Virus record (IMG/VR): IMGVR_UViG_3300032516_000009
Coordinates: 1 to 64,000 of that record
DNA: 64,000 nt
Direction: 5' to 3' (one strand)
Source: a virus
Positions within the stretch are counted from its first letter, which is position 1; each line of letters starts with the position of its first letter. The notes under the pieces are model-generated. The model searched no databases. It saw only the letters and a list, made by a program, of their open reading frames with translations, and was not told where the DNA came from. Positions 39,617 to 49,929 of this stretch are shown here, piece by piece. The translations under genes and the position numbers were made by a program.

Positions 39617-40093
39617 TCATTCCATGTCTTCTTTTGACATCGGAATATGCTCCAATACGTCATTCATCCAGTCATCCATAATATTTTCATCCCAAAAGAA
39701 TGGGACCTGAAATTTTTGGCCAGCACCAGATAAAGATACAACCCCACCATCATCATTCGTAAATTTCACGTCCAGCACCTTGATTGGATCTTTCGGGGCT
39801 TCAAAATAACTATGCCTTCTATCATCATCAATGAATCGTTGGAAAAGACTTATTTTATTAAAAATATCATCACCAAACCCTATATTCCCTCTTATGTCAT
39901 CCAAATGTTTGGGATCATCTATGAAATCAGCAAAGGTTTCACCTATTGCACCATAGTCTAAGCAATGCTCACACGAAAGTCTATGCAATATTCGTTTGAT
40001 GTCTCGTGCAACCAATGATTTATCTGGTTTGCGAGACTTTTCAATGCCAGATGCTATACGACGGAGATGATTTATAACCTGACTGGGCTTCAT
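39617..40093 (-). CDS. MKPSQ-leader family protein 1
   Basis: N-terminal ~40 aa shared with 53219 and 60833. Confidence 0.7.
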   Translation of the reverse strand: MKPSQVINHLRRIASGIEKSRKPDKSLVARDIKRILHRLSCEHCLDYGAIGETFADFIDDPKHLDDIRGNIGFGDDIFNKISLFQRFIDDDRRHSYFEAPKDPIKVLDVKFTNDDGGVVSLSGAGQKFQVPFFWDENIMDDWMNDVLEHIPMSKEDME

Positions 40094-40118
40094 ACCATTT
40101 TTATCTTAAAAAAAGAAT

Positions 40119-40352
40119 TTATTGATTAAGCATTTTCTCGATATTCTCCAAAGTTTCAAATGACACCATAGTAAGTCGTATTTTCTTGCCCTCTAGAGTA
40201 GATAAAACTATTTGTGGATCAAAAGCAATCTCATCTTCATCTACTATAATAAACCTTCCCTCGTGACTCACAACTGTCCCTTCAACGATAGTTCCAATGT
40301 CCATCCCATGCTTGTATCTACCCCTATCATTATCGAATTTCATGTCACACAC
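40119..40352 (-). CDS. Small hypothetical protein
   Basis: 77 aa, beta-rich. Confidence 0.5.
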   Translation of the reverse strand: MCDMKFDNDRGRYKHGMDIGTIVEGTVVSHEGRFIIVDEDEIAFDPQIVLSTLEGKKIRLTMVSFETLENIEKMLNQ

Positions 40353-40398
40353 TTAGTGTTGATTTAAAATAATAATAATATACGAAACAAACACCATC

Positions 40399-43176
40399 CT
40401 ACGAACAACCGCTGGATTGTCCGCAAGAGTCGCAAAGGTAACACGCTCCGTTCCTACGCATGATGGAACCACAAACGGCACATGGAGGAGCATCCATGGA
40501 CATGCTCGGTGGTCTAACACTCTGAGACCATTCATGTGATGCATCTTCGACTGATTCTTCTGAATTCACGTTATCAGAAGACCTCTTATTGAGCCCAGTG
40601 ATTTCTCCTCCAAAATACTTAATATCTAACAATTTGAATAAATAATCATATAGACTGTCAGCAAATCTGATCCTAGAATTCTTAGTAAACCCTGATGGGT
40701 CAAATTTAGTATGGGCAAAACTACGAATGAGTTTATCCAATGGTACTCCATATTGGAGAGCAATACTCAATAATTGAGTAAACCCGTCAATGAACCCGTT
40801 CATAGTGGACCCGCTCTTACCAAGCTTAAGGAAAACTTCGCCCAACGCCCCATCAGGATACTCATTCATAATGACGTATCCTTTGCATTCACCGATTTCG
40901 AATCTATGACGGGATCCGTTGCAGTCCTCAGGTAACGGTTTGCGCTGAGTTACGTAAACAGGAGCTATCTCCGTCTTGTTATTTATCTTATCTTGCTTGG
41001 TCTCGAGCGGCTGAGATTTCTTACAGCCATCTCGATAAAGAGCGAGACATTTGATTCCAAGTTTCCACCCCTCCATATAAAGATTCGCTATCTCTTCTGC
41101 TGTGATATTATTAGGGAGATTGATCGTCTTGCTTTGCGCGCAAGTGATCAAAGGCTGGATGGCGGCCATCATTTCCAAATGTGCCATTGGGGATAAATAT
41201 CTCATGGAAGGACCAGTCGGCGCCGCACAATCAAATATTGGGAGATGATCCTGTTGCAGTCCGGGAGCCCCTTCAATATAGCCATTATCTTTAACATATT
41301 CGTATATCGATTCGACTGCATTGTGTGAATATCCAAGCCTGTTTAAAGCATCATGTATGGTGTGATTCACCAAGATTTCCTGTCCACCGCCAACCATTGA
41401 TTTATATGATACTAGCGAATAAGCCGGCTCTATACCAGTGGTATCCATGCCCATCATAAAAGAAGTTGTCCCGAGAGGGGCCTGAAGGGTTGCTTGGGAC
41501 ACGCTGTACCCGAATTTATGTCCCAGTCTTATTACTTCACTCCAGACTTCAGCACTCCTGGAAACTACGTCATCTCCAAGTAAATCTTTATCTATGCCCC
41601 ATCTATCGCATATATTCGCATTGGCTTCCTGATGCATTTTCATAATGCCGAGCATTTCTGATCGATTCTTCTCAAAATCGGGAAATGCACCACGTCTCGC
41701 CGCTAACTTAGACGAAACCAAATATGCATTACCAGTCATCAGACTAGCAAGACGAGCCGCAATTGAGCGGCCTTCATCAGAATCGTACCCATGTCCCAAT
41801 CTCATCAATAGAGCCCCGAGGTTTCCATAATTCAATCCAATAGATCGAAGCTGATGAGTATTCTTAGTAATTGCCTCGGTTGGATATGATGCTTTGTCTA
41901 CAATAATATCCTGAGATACTACGAAGACTCTGATTATGTGCTCGAAATGATCAATCCTCAATTCATCACGATCATTGAAGAATTTAGTTAGATTTATGCC
42001 ACACAAATTGCAAGCTGAATCGTCGATATTTAAAAACTCTGCACATGGATTCGATGATCTAATTTTTCCACTATTAGGCACCGTATGCCAACGATTGATC
42101 GTATCAGTATATTGAATCCCGGGATCTCCACACATCCAGGCTGCCTGAGATATTTCCTTCCATAAGTCCTTGGCCTTATATTTATGGATAACTTCGTTCG
42201 TCAATCTTCCCTTTGTAAACCATTCTTCATCATTTATAACAGCCATCATGAACGAATCAGGTATACTAACTGAATGATTTGCATTCTGATACATCACATT
42301 CTTGTATGCAGAATTTGGATCATCGTATGCTGAACTATATCCTATATTAATTAAATCGTGTGCTCTTTTTTCTTCAACAGCTTTGCATTTAATAAATCCG
42401 GGTCTTCCATCCCTTGTTTCTAGAATATCAGGATGGTCCATATCCAGAACAACTATCTTCGCAGCGTTACGCGTAGCGCCGCCAGATTTCATGGCTCCAG
42501 CAAACTGATCTAAACCACGCATAAATGCAATTGGTCCAGAGGTATACGATCCAGCTGAGATCTTTTCATATGAGGATCTGAGATTCGAAAAATTAGCTCC
42601 GGAACCAGATCCACTCTTAAAGATATTGAGTTCAGTTGATTGGAATGCAATAATTTCATCTAACGAATCACCAACGCTAGAAATAAAGCACGCTGATGCT
42701 ATATGTTTACGTCCTGGTACACCTAAATTAAACCAAACTGGAGAATTGAATGATCCAAATTGATGAAGCATAGCATAAATTAACTCATCTTCATATATTT
42801 CAGCATCAGAATTCGTATCAAAATATCCCTGCTCTTCTCCCCATTCACGTAAACAACTCGCCACCCTGGACAGCATTTGTTTAACTGAATCTTCTCGTAT
42901 TTCATTAATAACTCTAAAATATTTCTCAACGACTATGTTTGTGGTTGTCTGATTCCACCATGATGGAACCTCAACATTCCTTTGTTCAAATTTAATCTCG
43001 CCTTTATCTGATATAATGCGAGCATCAACTCGCTTCCATTCAACAGTATTGAATGGATGCAGTCCTTCTACGGTGAAAAATCTATCCCAATGACCGATGT
43101 TTATCCCTTCGGACAAAGAACTCTCCGGTCGACGTATATTATTCATAATATTAACGATTGCTACGTCGTTTGACAT
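40399..43176 (-). CDS. nrdJ: Class II (B12-dependent) ribonucleotide reductase
   Basis: FNSPVWFN, SACFI, NPCAE, ACNL, APLGT, TTGIEP, SKTINLP, YRDG, C-terminal CAVC..CDSCG.SSGCS. Confidence 0.95.
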   Translation of the reverse strand: MSNDVAIVNIMNNIRRPESSLSEGINIGHWDRFFTVEGLHPFNTVEWKRVDARIISDKGEIKFEQRNVEVPSWWNQTTTNIVVEKYFRVINEIREDSVKQMLSRVASCLREWGEEQGYFDTNSDAEIYEDELIYAMLHQFGSFNSPVWFNLGVPGRKHIASACFISSVGDSLDEIIAFQSTELNIFKSGSGSGANFSNLRSSYEKISAGSYTSGPIAFMRGLDQFAGAMKSGGATRNAAKIVVLDMDHPDILETRDGRPGFIKCKAVEEKRAHDLINIGYSSAYDDPNSAYKNVMYQNANHSVSIPDSFMMAVINDEEWFTKGRLTNEVIHKYKAKDLWKEISQAAWMCGDPGIQYTDTINRWHTVPNSGKIRSSNPCAEFLNIDDSACNLCGINLTKFFNDRDELRIDHFEHIIRVFVVSQDIIVDKASYPTEAITKNTHQLRSIGLNYGNLGALLMRLGHGYDSDEGRSIAARLASLMTGNAYLVSSKLAARRGAFPDFEKNRSEMLGIMKMHQEANANICDRWGIDKDLLGDDVVSRSAEVWSEVIRLGHKFGYSVSQATLQAPLGTTSFMMGMDTTGIEPAYSLVSYKSMVGGGQEILVNHTIHDALNRLGYSHNAVESIYEYVKDNGYIEGAPGLQQDHLPIFDCAAPTGPSMRYLSPMAHLEMMAAIQPLITCAQSKTINLPNNITAEEIANLYMEGWKLGIKCLALYRDGCKKSQPLETKQDKINNKTEIAPVYVTQRKPLPEDCNGSRHRFEIGECKGYVIMNEYPDGALGEVFLKLGKSGSTMNGFIDGFTQLLSIALQYGVPLDKLIRSFAHTKFDPSGFTKNSRIRFADSLYDYLFKLLDIKYFGGEITGLNKRSSDNVNSEESVEDASHEWSQSVRPPSMSMDAPPCAVCGSIMRRNGACYLCDSCGQSSGCS

Positions 43177-44077
43177 TCTTTACTTCCTCCGATAAACGAA
43201 CGATTTCTAATTCTAGTCCGAGATGAGCAGAATCATCTCCACGCTTGTGTGCGATATCTAAGGCGCATATGATATCTAAACTATGGAGTAAAGATTGTCT
43301 ACTCCACAACCCGACACGCGGCAGTATCACATTCTTGTAAACAAATGGGTGCACGCCAACCCTCTCAATGATACTGTTGATCGGCGTCTTTTCGATTATT
43401 AACGCATCGATTCTTATATATTGCAATACATGACGCTGTAGGTATGCTATAATCCACCCGGTTTCGTCCGCTCTCTCCTGGAGCATATCGTAAAAAGCCA
43501 ACGCCCGATCGGTATATCCCTCGCATATTGCGTCCACAATTCCCTTAGGAGACAACTCAGCAGAAAAGCAAATAAGAGCTTTTGCTATTTCCGGTCTGAC
43601 ACTATCCCCAGAGGAGGTGAGAATCGCCAGCTTACGAATCTCGGATGAGATTTTTCGTAGGCTCTTTCCATGGCTCACAAAAAGGGCACCAGCAACTGGA
43701 CTTAGATCTATATTAAGAGATCTACCCTCATCGAGAATCCATTTTATTATTTGGTTATTAGATTCGAATGTCTTGAATTTTGGAAAATTATGTATTCTTC
43801 TAGCTCTATCATCCTTCAATGCTTTCTCTTTAGATACTAAAATTAATATATCAGAATTACCAAAAGGCAATTCCGGGATCTGATCAACGTTCCAAAGAAT
43901 GAATACCCTGGACTCGCCAGAAAGTGGAATGCTTTGTATTTCATCTAAATACTGAGGTAAATTCGATTCACAATCGAATTGGATAATGCTTCTGATTAAC
44001 GAACTGCATGCTTCATCAAAAGCTGCCCGCTCTTTGAGAAATTCTTCCTCCCCATTAATAATGATAAGAGTGGACAA
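43151..44077 (-). CDS. holA: DNA polymerase III delta subunit
   Basis: IINGEEEFL, ISSEIRKL, GVHPFV, D.AHKRG. Confidence 0.8.
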   Translation of the reverse strand: MSTLIIINGEEEFLKERAAFDEACSSLIRSIIQFDCESNLPQYLDEIQSIPLSGESRVFILWNVDQIPELPFGNSDILILVSKEKALKDDRARRIHNFPKFKTFESNNQIIKWILDEGRSLNIDLSPVAGALFVSHGKSLRKISSEIRKLAILTSSGDSVRPEIAKALICFSAELSPKGIVDAICEGYTDRALAFYDMLQERADETGWIIAYLQRHVLQYIRIDALIIEKTPINSIIERVGVHPFVYKNVILPRVGLWSRQSLLHSLDIICALDIAHKRGDDSAHLGLELEIVRLSEEVKNVKRRSNR

Positions 44078-44093
44078 TGTTCTAAATAATACA

Positions 44094-44900
44094 CTAAAAT
44101 GCTAAACAAGCTCTCTGCCAATGAATTTCGGCATTAATTGACGGAATTCTTTTTAGATTTGAAACAAAAGATAATAAATTAATGGCAATATTGCGATCAA
44201 GCTTCTGCCCTAGAGAATCCCTAATAGCCATAGAACAAATACGTGAAACAATATCTATTTCGATACTAGATTTACTCGAAATTTTCTTAATAACATCAGG
44301 GATTGAAACAACCATTGGGTTTACAAGGCCGGTGACTATATTGATCATAAGTTTATATAATTCTTCATATGATTTATCACTGATTATTTCATGATATAAA
44401 CCGGGACGACCATCACATACTTTAATTGCGAATTCATCAATTGATAGAGACTCCGCATTGATGAATTCTTCCATTTCAGATCTAGTCAGAGGATTCCACC
44501 CTATTCTACGTGTAATTCTGGAATGTAGTGGGCTCAGAAGCCAATGATCGTCATTACAAATGAGAAATATCTTCAAATGTTCAAACGGCTCTTCAAACAA
44601 TTTCAGGTATGCATCCTGAGCCGGCTCGCTAAGACGATCAGCACCATTTATGACCAAGGCCTGGAATGGGCTGTATATGGACGAGATCGATAAAGAAGAT
44701 GCAACGTATCGAGCTGCGTCTATTGTGTGATCAACTACGAATATATCAGAATCAGTAAATACAACAGCATGCAACTGCTCCATAATGAAACTATGTTTTC
44801 CAATATTCGATGGACCAACTATTGCGATGACTTCAGATATAGAATTATTCAGAGTTGTCTTTAGAATTTCCTGCTGCCGGGAGTTTCCGAATATTTTCAT
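44094..44900 (-). CDS. holB: DNA polymerase III delta-prime subunit
   Basis: GPSNIGK, ADRLSEPAQDAYLKLFEEP, LLSPLHSR. Confidence 0.85.
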   Translation of the reverse strand: MKIFGNSRQQEILKTTLNNSISEVIAIVGPSNIGKHSFIMEQLHAVVFTDSDIFVVDHTIDAARYVASSLSISSIYSPFQALVINGADRLSEPAQDAYLKLFEEPFEHLKIFLICNDDHWLLSPLHSRITRRIGWNPLTRSEMEEFINAESLSIDEFAIKVCDGRPGLYHEIISDKSYEELYKLMINIVTGLVNPMVVSIPDVIKKISSKSSIEIDIVSRICSMAIRDSLGQKLDRNIAINLLSFVSNLKRIPSINAEIHWQRACLAF

Positions 44901-45069
44901 CCGTGACTCTTTTGATAAGACGCAATTCTATCTTCACTTCATAAATACACTTACACTCCTCACACATAAATTGATTGACCAACCCAATATTTACAAGCGG
45001 GCTAGAGCAATTAATGCAATAAAATGTCACTAAATCCCTTGGAATGTCCCACCAACCATCACAGTCCAA
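44845..45069 (-). CDS. Small Zn-ribbon protein
   Basis: CINC...CEEC. Confidence 0.5.
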   Translation of the reverse strand: MDCDGWWDIPRDLVTFYCINCSSPLVNIGLVNQFMCEECKCIYEVKIELRLIKRVTDENIRKLPAAGNSKDNSE

Positions 45070-45278
45070 CTATAACCGCATTTCTTACATTTATAGCTAA
45101 CATAAGTGGGGGACCCAGTCGGCATTAAATAAGCAGTTTTACTATCACAATGTTGACTTGGCTGATCAGCTGACGACTGGGCGGTTCTTCCCGGATCTGA
45201 AGCAGCATTACGACGACATGCAATCAATACTTCTTTTAGTTCTTCTTGACTCATGTTGGAACTCCTCGACCTGCCCAT
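45030..45278 (-). CDS. Small Zn-ribbon protein
   Basis: C...C...YKCKKCGYSW. Confidence 0.55.
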   Translation of the reverse strand: MGRSRSSNMSQEELKEVLIACRRNAASDPGRTAQSSADQPSQHCDSKTAYLMPTGSPTYVSYKCKKCGYSWTVMVGGTFQGI

Positions 45279-45595
45279 TCCAACTGTACCAATGCAAGTA
45301 TTTTATTTAGTGTCATTTTGTGTGTATCGGCCGGAAACATTGGAATATCAATTCTTCCAGCAATATTCCTACATTTAATAAAATCAGACTCGAGAATTAT
45401 CCATTTGTCTCGTCTATTATTTGGGTCACGTAGTGTAACGACTCGATTTCCACCCAGTATTTTAGTCACTGAAATCTGCAGTTTATTTGTTTTTAGTTTA
45501 TAAATTAGCATCGGAAACTGTTCGCTGGCATACTCTAATGTCGCTAGTCTTAATCTTCTCCCATTAACAAACCTATCGCCAGTAATAGAGTCCAT
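45251..45595 (-). CDS. Hypothetical protein
   Basis: 114 aa; coupled to neighbours. Confidence 0.5.
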   Translation of the reverse strand: MDSITGDRFVNGRRLRLATLEYASEQFPMLIYKLKTNKLQISVTKILGGNRVVTLRDPNNRRDKWIILESDFIKCRNIAGRIDIPMFPADTHKMTLNKILALVQLEWAGRGVPT

Positions 45596-45597
45596 GA

Positions 45598-46701
45598 CTA
45601 AAGAAATGCAATCCTATTGGCCATGGCTACTAACTGAACAACTGACGCCTTCTTTTCTGATTTAAGAGTCTTCGGAAGGACGTCACTATGGAACATATCC
45701 CAGAGTGTGTTGACTTCCCTAGATGTTAAATTATACTCAACATATTGTTCTATTTTATCCAATAACTTTTTCCTGGTGTCTGTAACAAACCCAGACCATC
45801 TTTTACCGTATCTGTCTAATATGGCCTGCGCTCGCGGACTTTCTTTATTTGATGGATCATTTGCTATCTCTGTTAATTTTTCTTTTAAGGCTGTCGATTG
45901 CCCCATGTTTTCCTTAATATCTGATGCAAACGATCCGATACCATCATCAAATATTAACTCAAACATTGACTTTTCAGCAAGATCAAGCCCATCCTTTAAA
46001 TCAGGTATGAATTCATCAATTACGTCTAAAAACTCTTTGATTGCTGTTTTATCATCTAGAGCTTGTCCCAGTGGAGACATCTGTGGGGTCGGCATTCTCT
46101 CTTCGCCTCTAGCACGAGGACCGCCCTCTGTGGGACGTTGTCCAAATGCCTCGTCTAGAGATTTTTCCTTAAGCTTTTGGGCTTCCATCATCACAGGTTC
46201 GCCCTTGGTATCGACAAGAGGTTTGCCCTCCGAATCAAGCTTTTGTACCATCTCTTTGGTAAATTTGGTCCTAGACCTACTAATTCCTCTACGACGTAGA
46301 TTGTTATAAATGGCTCTCAAGGCGTCTTCCCATTTATCAAAGTCCTTCTTAAAATTCCATGGCTCGCCTTTAACAGCCTCTTTCGTTATTTCACCAGTCT
46401 CCTTATCTACAACTTCTCGTGGGGTATCGGTCCCGGTAGTGATATAAGTAAGAAATTCCTGTATCAAATCCATCGCATCTTCTGGACTTCGCTGCAATTC
46501 TCTTTTGGCTATATTGAACATCTTATGCCCGACTTGCGCCGGGTTTATATCAACGGTCTGATCCGGATATTGCTTTTTTAAAATATCAAGTACTGCCCTA
46601 CCAAAATTGGCAACAGTATCGGCGTATTTCTGAATTGCAGCTATGAAGAGCCGTACTCGATTGGCTATACGAATAGTCTGAAGGTTAGTTATAATATCCA
46701 T
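45598..46701 (-). CDS. Divergent sigma-factor-like protein with RIA motifs
   Basis: IAKRELQRSPEDAMDLIQE, AIYNNLRRRGISRSR, KSLDEAFG, LDLAEKSMFEL. Confidence 0.5.
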   Translation of the reverse strand: MDIITNLQTIRIANRVRLFIAAIQKYADTVANFGRAVLDILKKQYPDQTVDINPAQVGHKMFNIAKRELQRSPEDAMDLIQEFLTYITTGTDTPREVVDKETGEITKEAVKGEPWNFKKDFDKWEDALRAIYNNLRRRGISRSRTKFTKEMVQKLDSEGKPLVDTKGEPVMMEAQKLKEKSLDEAFGQRPTEGGPRARGEERMPTPQMSPLGQALDDKTAIKEFLDVIDEFIPDLKDGLDLAEKSMFELIFDDGIGSFASDIKENMGQSTALKEKLTEIANDPSNKESPRAQAILDRYGKRWSGFVTDTRKKLLDKIEQYVEYNLTSREVNTLWDMFHSDVLPKTLKSEKKASVVQLVAMANRIAFL

Positions 46702-46725
46702 TACCAACTAAATCAGACTAAAAGA

Positions 46726-48246
46726 CTATTGATTCATTTCATGCAGACATTGACGATTGATAGCTGCTGTGATTCTGCTTTCCGGGTAGGAAAAATAAAT
46801 AGACATATCTCTAACTGACATCCCGGCATCATATAGAGTGGAGAATAGCTGAGTCCTGGCTACAACCGCCTGCCCCACAACAGACGACCCGAGTAGTTCA
46901 CTATGTGAGCAATCGCACTTTCGACATACAGAATTGATGGTATTCTTAATTTTGTGTTCAGGAATGCTGGCCCCACGAAGTTTACGGAGAGCAAAATTGT
47001 GCAGCCTATGAACCCGTGGTACGCGTATGCCTGATTGTTCCGCATATTGTCGAACAGTCATCTCAAGGATATCTACGGATCGAATAACCTCTAACTCTTC
47101 TGGAGTGAGATTAGCCCCATTAAGTAACCTCTCAACGTCATTTTGGATATCGACAATATCAAATTGCATTCTAGCTTTAGGATCCAACACCACACACTGA
47201 CGTGATCCGTCTTCCTCATCGGATTCCCATCCAACTAATTCAGATTCATCCTCTCCAGATGATACCCCATCATTTAGAATCATCTTCGCGAGATCGTCAT
47301 TGCGAGTCAACGATTTGAAGTTATTTATAACTTCGTGTTGAATGATATAACTTGTATACTTCAACAGCCCGGCATCTATTCCAGGAGTGAGCGGGTATTT
47401 ATTTCCGCATTTATCGCAACAAGCGACGGGCCCGTGAAATTCATCCAATTCTTTGACGATAATATGAGTTTCGGCATTCGCCCGACACTTTGGGCATTTC
47501 TTAGGACAAGGCTCCGCCTGACGCATAATATAAAGAGGAACAGTCGATACAATATTGTCTCTACGCCAATGACGTAAGAATGGTGTTAATTGCGCGTCAT
47601 TCCATCGTAATTTTTTAACATCAGCCTCAACATCAGGATCATCCCATCTATGGGCCAAAGATAATTTCTTGGCCTTCAGAGATGCACGCCCCCTTTTACA
47701 CTCTGGACATTTATCCCCGATGCATGCATGCTCTGTCAGTTCAGCTGGCTTCAATCTCCCCTGTCTATAGAGAGAGGCCAACGACTCATAGGACTTCAAA
47801 GGGTAACCTAATAATCTCAGCACATGATCGCTATCGATAGTGTGCTTTTGAATTGAATAATAATATCGTTCATAATCAAATTTGGCATAATTTAGCAGAT
47901 CGATGACCCGCCATAACGAGTCCGGACTGGACCTCGGGAGGCTATCTTCGACTGGATATAAAGATCCGATATATATAATTGGGGCGCCGCCGAGAATACG
48001 CTCAGCCTGTGTTCTATCAACAAGCTCTTGATCGAGCCTATGTTTAGGGCTGAAAAACCATCGTCCAATAGAATCCTTTGCTAAGAAACGGAGGCGAGCC
48101 CTCTGTACCGTATCATCGATTCTATCCTTATTTCTCTTGAAACTCCTGGATACTTGTAAATGTATCCAAGGGTGCCATTGCACCAGGAAAGACTGATTAC
48201 TCGGAATATCGACACGGCAATACTTCATCATGTCCCCATGCGGCAA
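46726..48246 (-). CDS. Sigma70/ECF-like factor with a Zn-rich insertion and a DnaA domain-IV-like C-terminus
   Basis: Region-2-like DDTVQRARL...LKYTSYIIQHEVINNFK; region 4 LTPEELEVI..MTVRQYAEQSGI..ALRKLR; C-terminal ELLG...VVAR...MSVRDMS.YF...ITAAI. Confidence 0.65.
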   Translation of the reverse strand: MPHGDMMKYCRVDIPSNQSFLVQWHPWIHLQVSRSFKRNKDRIDDTVQRARLRFLAKDSIGRWFFSPKHRLDQELVDRTQAERILGGAPIIYIGSLYPVEDSLPRSSPDSLWRVIDLLNYAKFDYERYYYSIQKHTIDSDHVLRLLGYPLKSYESLASLYRQGRLKPAELTEHACIGDKCPECKRGRASLKAKKLSLAHRWDDPDVEADVKKLRWNDAQLTPFLRHWRRDNIVSTVPLYIMRQAEPCPKKCPKCRANAETHIIVKELDEFHGPVACCDKCGNKYPLTPGIDAGLLKYTSYIIQHEVINNFKSLTRNDDLAKMILNDGVSSGEDESELVGWESDEEDGSRQCVVLDPKARMQFDIVDIQNDVERLLNGANLTPEELEVIRSVDILEMTVRQYAEQSGIRVPRVHRLHNFALRKLRGASIPEHKIKNTINSVCRKCDCSHSELLGSSVVGQAVVARTQLFSTLYDAGMSVRDMSIYFSYPESRITAAINRQCLHEMNQ

Positions 48247-48334
48247 CCACTGTGCCGGCTTCGGAATTTGGTCCCAGAATACTGGAGACCGTCTGGCTCT
48301 ACATCTTACACTCTAACACGGTCGATTTTCGCGT

Positions 48335-49189
48335 TCAAGATTTTGGATGAAGACCTATAACAATTTCGGTTTTAGCAAGCGGGCTCGAGTTTATTATCCC
48401 ACCATGTAGGATATCCATGACTTCCCGATCAGTCAAGGGGGGTTTGTCGTTAGTCAACCAGTCCTGTGCCTTTTTAACTCTATATCGCGAAGGCGCCCAA
48501 TTGACAAGACATTTACCAGCTCCATATACACTAAGCCGATCTTCGATCGGAATTTGTGTACACGAGAAAAAAGATTTCCGAATAAGATTCAACCCTATAC
48601 GGAAACACTTCATACGGTCAGTAACCAATTCATTCCCACCCCACCCTTCATTGGGATCAGATGTCATTTTATAGGCATGCCCATTGAGTAATATGCGAGT
48701 TCTAGTATTACCATCTAGTCCGGGTCTGCCTAATAGCACCTGCATCATGCACCATGATTGGCCGTTATCCCCTCGAGCCAGCGGACCTATTCCTAAATCA
48801 ACGTCTTTGCGAAATCCACTTTCAAAATAAGCCACAGATAGTATTAGAGCTAGTGTTCTGGCACGGCCATATTTGCCAGAAAATATAGGTGGCTCCTCGG
48901 GATCATATATTACAGAAATAAGTGCATTAGCAATCTCTTCATATCTTTGTTTGCCAACTTCAGGAGTCTCTCTGGCATCTTTAACCAGAGATCGTCCCGG
49001 GGGCAACCACGATACCATTCGGTTGACAACCCATTGATGTAGAGAAGTGACGCTAATAGTCTGCGCTTGAATCGCTTGAATGGGGTTAATCAATATTACT
49101 TCATTTTGGTTTTCCTCTTGTGCCTGGGTTGATCCTGTCAGTCCGATCAATCCTAACATCAAAATAACTAAGATCACCTTTTTGAACAT
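48335..49189 (-). CDS. Signal-peptide lysozyme/lytic-transglycosylase-like protein (probable endolysin)
   Basis: Sec signal MFKKVILVILMLGL..TQA; AYFESGF catalytic-Glu motif; GQSWCMMQV. Confidence 0.65.
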   Translation of the reverse strand: MFKKVILVILMLGLIGLTGSTQAQEENQNEVILINPIQAIQAQTISVTSLHQWVVNRMVSWLPPGRSLVKDARETPEVGKQRYEEIANALISVIYDPEEPPIFSGKYGRARTLALILSVAYFESGFRKDVDLGIGPLARGDNGQSWCMMQVLLGRPGLDGNTRTRILLNGHAYKMTSDPNEGWGGNELVTDRMKCFRIGLNLIRKSFFSCTQIPIEDRLSVYGAGKCLVNWAPSRYRVKKAQDWLTNDKPPLTDREVMDILHGGIINSSPLAKTEIVIGLHPKS

Positions 49190-49249
49190 AGCTTTACCTG
49201 TTCTTGTACATGATAGGACTCAATAATTTGATCACAAACCATGACAAGA

Positions 49250-49528
49250 TTATAAAACGCGAATTAACTCGATGTACTGAGTAAGACCGGTTAGCGATGG
49301 CTTATCCGTTCTATATACCAGTTTGCAACGAGTCACTTCGTACGGTCCTTCAACTAATCGAGAATGACTTGTGCGCGGATCTTTTAACGTAAGGTAAAAT
49401 TCCACTACCAATCCTTTCGTTAGTACTGGTAAATCCGGAGCCCTGTATTCATAATGAACTGGGAGGTCCAGAAAAACCAAAAACGTCCTGATGTTCCCAC
49501 CTACGCTAGTCGATCCACCAAAAGTCAC
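49250..49528 (-). CDS. Hypothetical protein
   Basis: 92 aa; GAGGAGG SD before GTG. Confidence 0.55.
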   Translation of the reverse strand: MTFGGSTSVGGNIRTFLVFLDLPVHYEYRAPDLPVLTKGLVVEFYLTLKDPRTSHSRLVEGPYEVTRCKLVYRTDKPSLTGLTQYIELIRVL

Positions 49529-49628
49529 TCCCTCCTCACTTTCTATTTGTTATTCGTCTCCAATTTTAAATTTGATGATCCAATGTTCACTCTACTGTAA
49601 CTGCTGTCTCTACTGCCGTTTCACGTGT

Positions 49629-49880
49629 TCAGACTTCAACATTCAATTTCTTCGAAATTGGAATAACATAGGATAGATCGAAATGAGAAAAAGAAAAAGA
49701 AAACAGTGTTTTCTTTTGAATGAAAGAGGCGACAACGTTCAGTTGGCTGCTTTCATCGAGCAATTTGCTCTGCGTTTTTCTCGAGATCTTCAGAGTGACT
49801 CCCTCCGTCAGTTGAATGAGGTAACCTATGTTTTCCTCACTGAGGTTCCCATGACATTGTATCGTCATGTAGTGCCTCAC
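49629..49880 (-). CDS. Hypothetical protein
   Basis: 83 aa; TGTAGAGT motif upstream. Confidence 0.4.
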   Translation of the reverse strand: MRHYMTIQCHGNLSEENIGYLIQLTEGVTLKISRKTQSKLLDESSQLNVVASFIQKKTLFSFSFSHFDLSYVIPISKKLNVEV

Positions 49881-49929
49881 GGTCCGACCCTATGCGCATC
49901 ACTCTACACTCACAAACAGTCTATTCGTT

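Noticed and set aside
40399-43176. Intein or intron in nrdJ
   Set aside because: Motifs are contiguous and the length is normal
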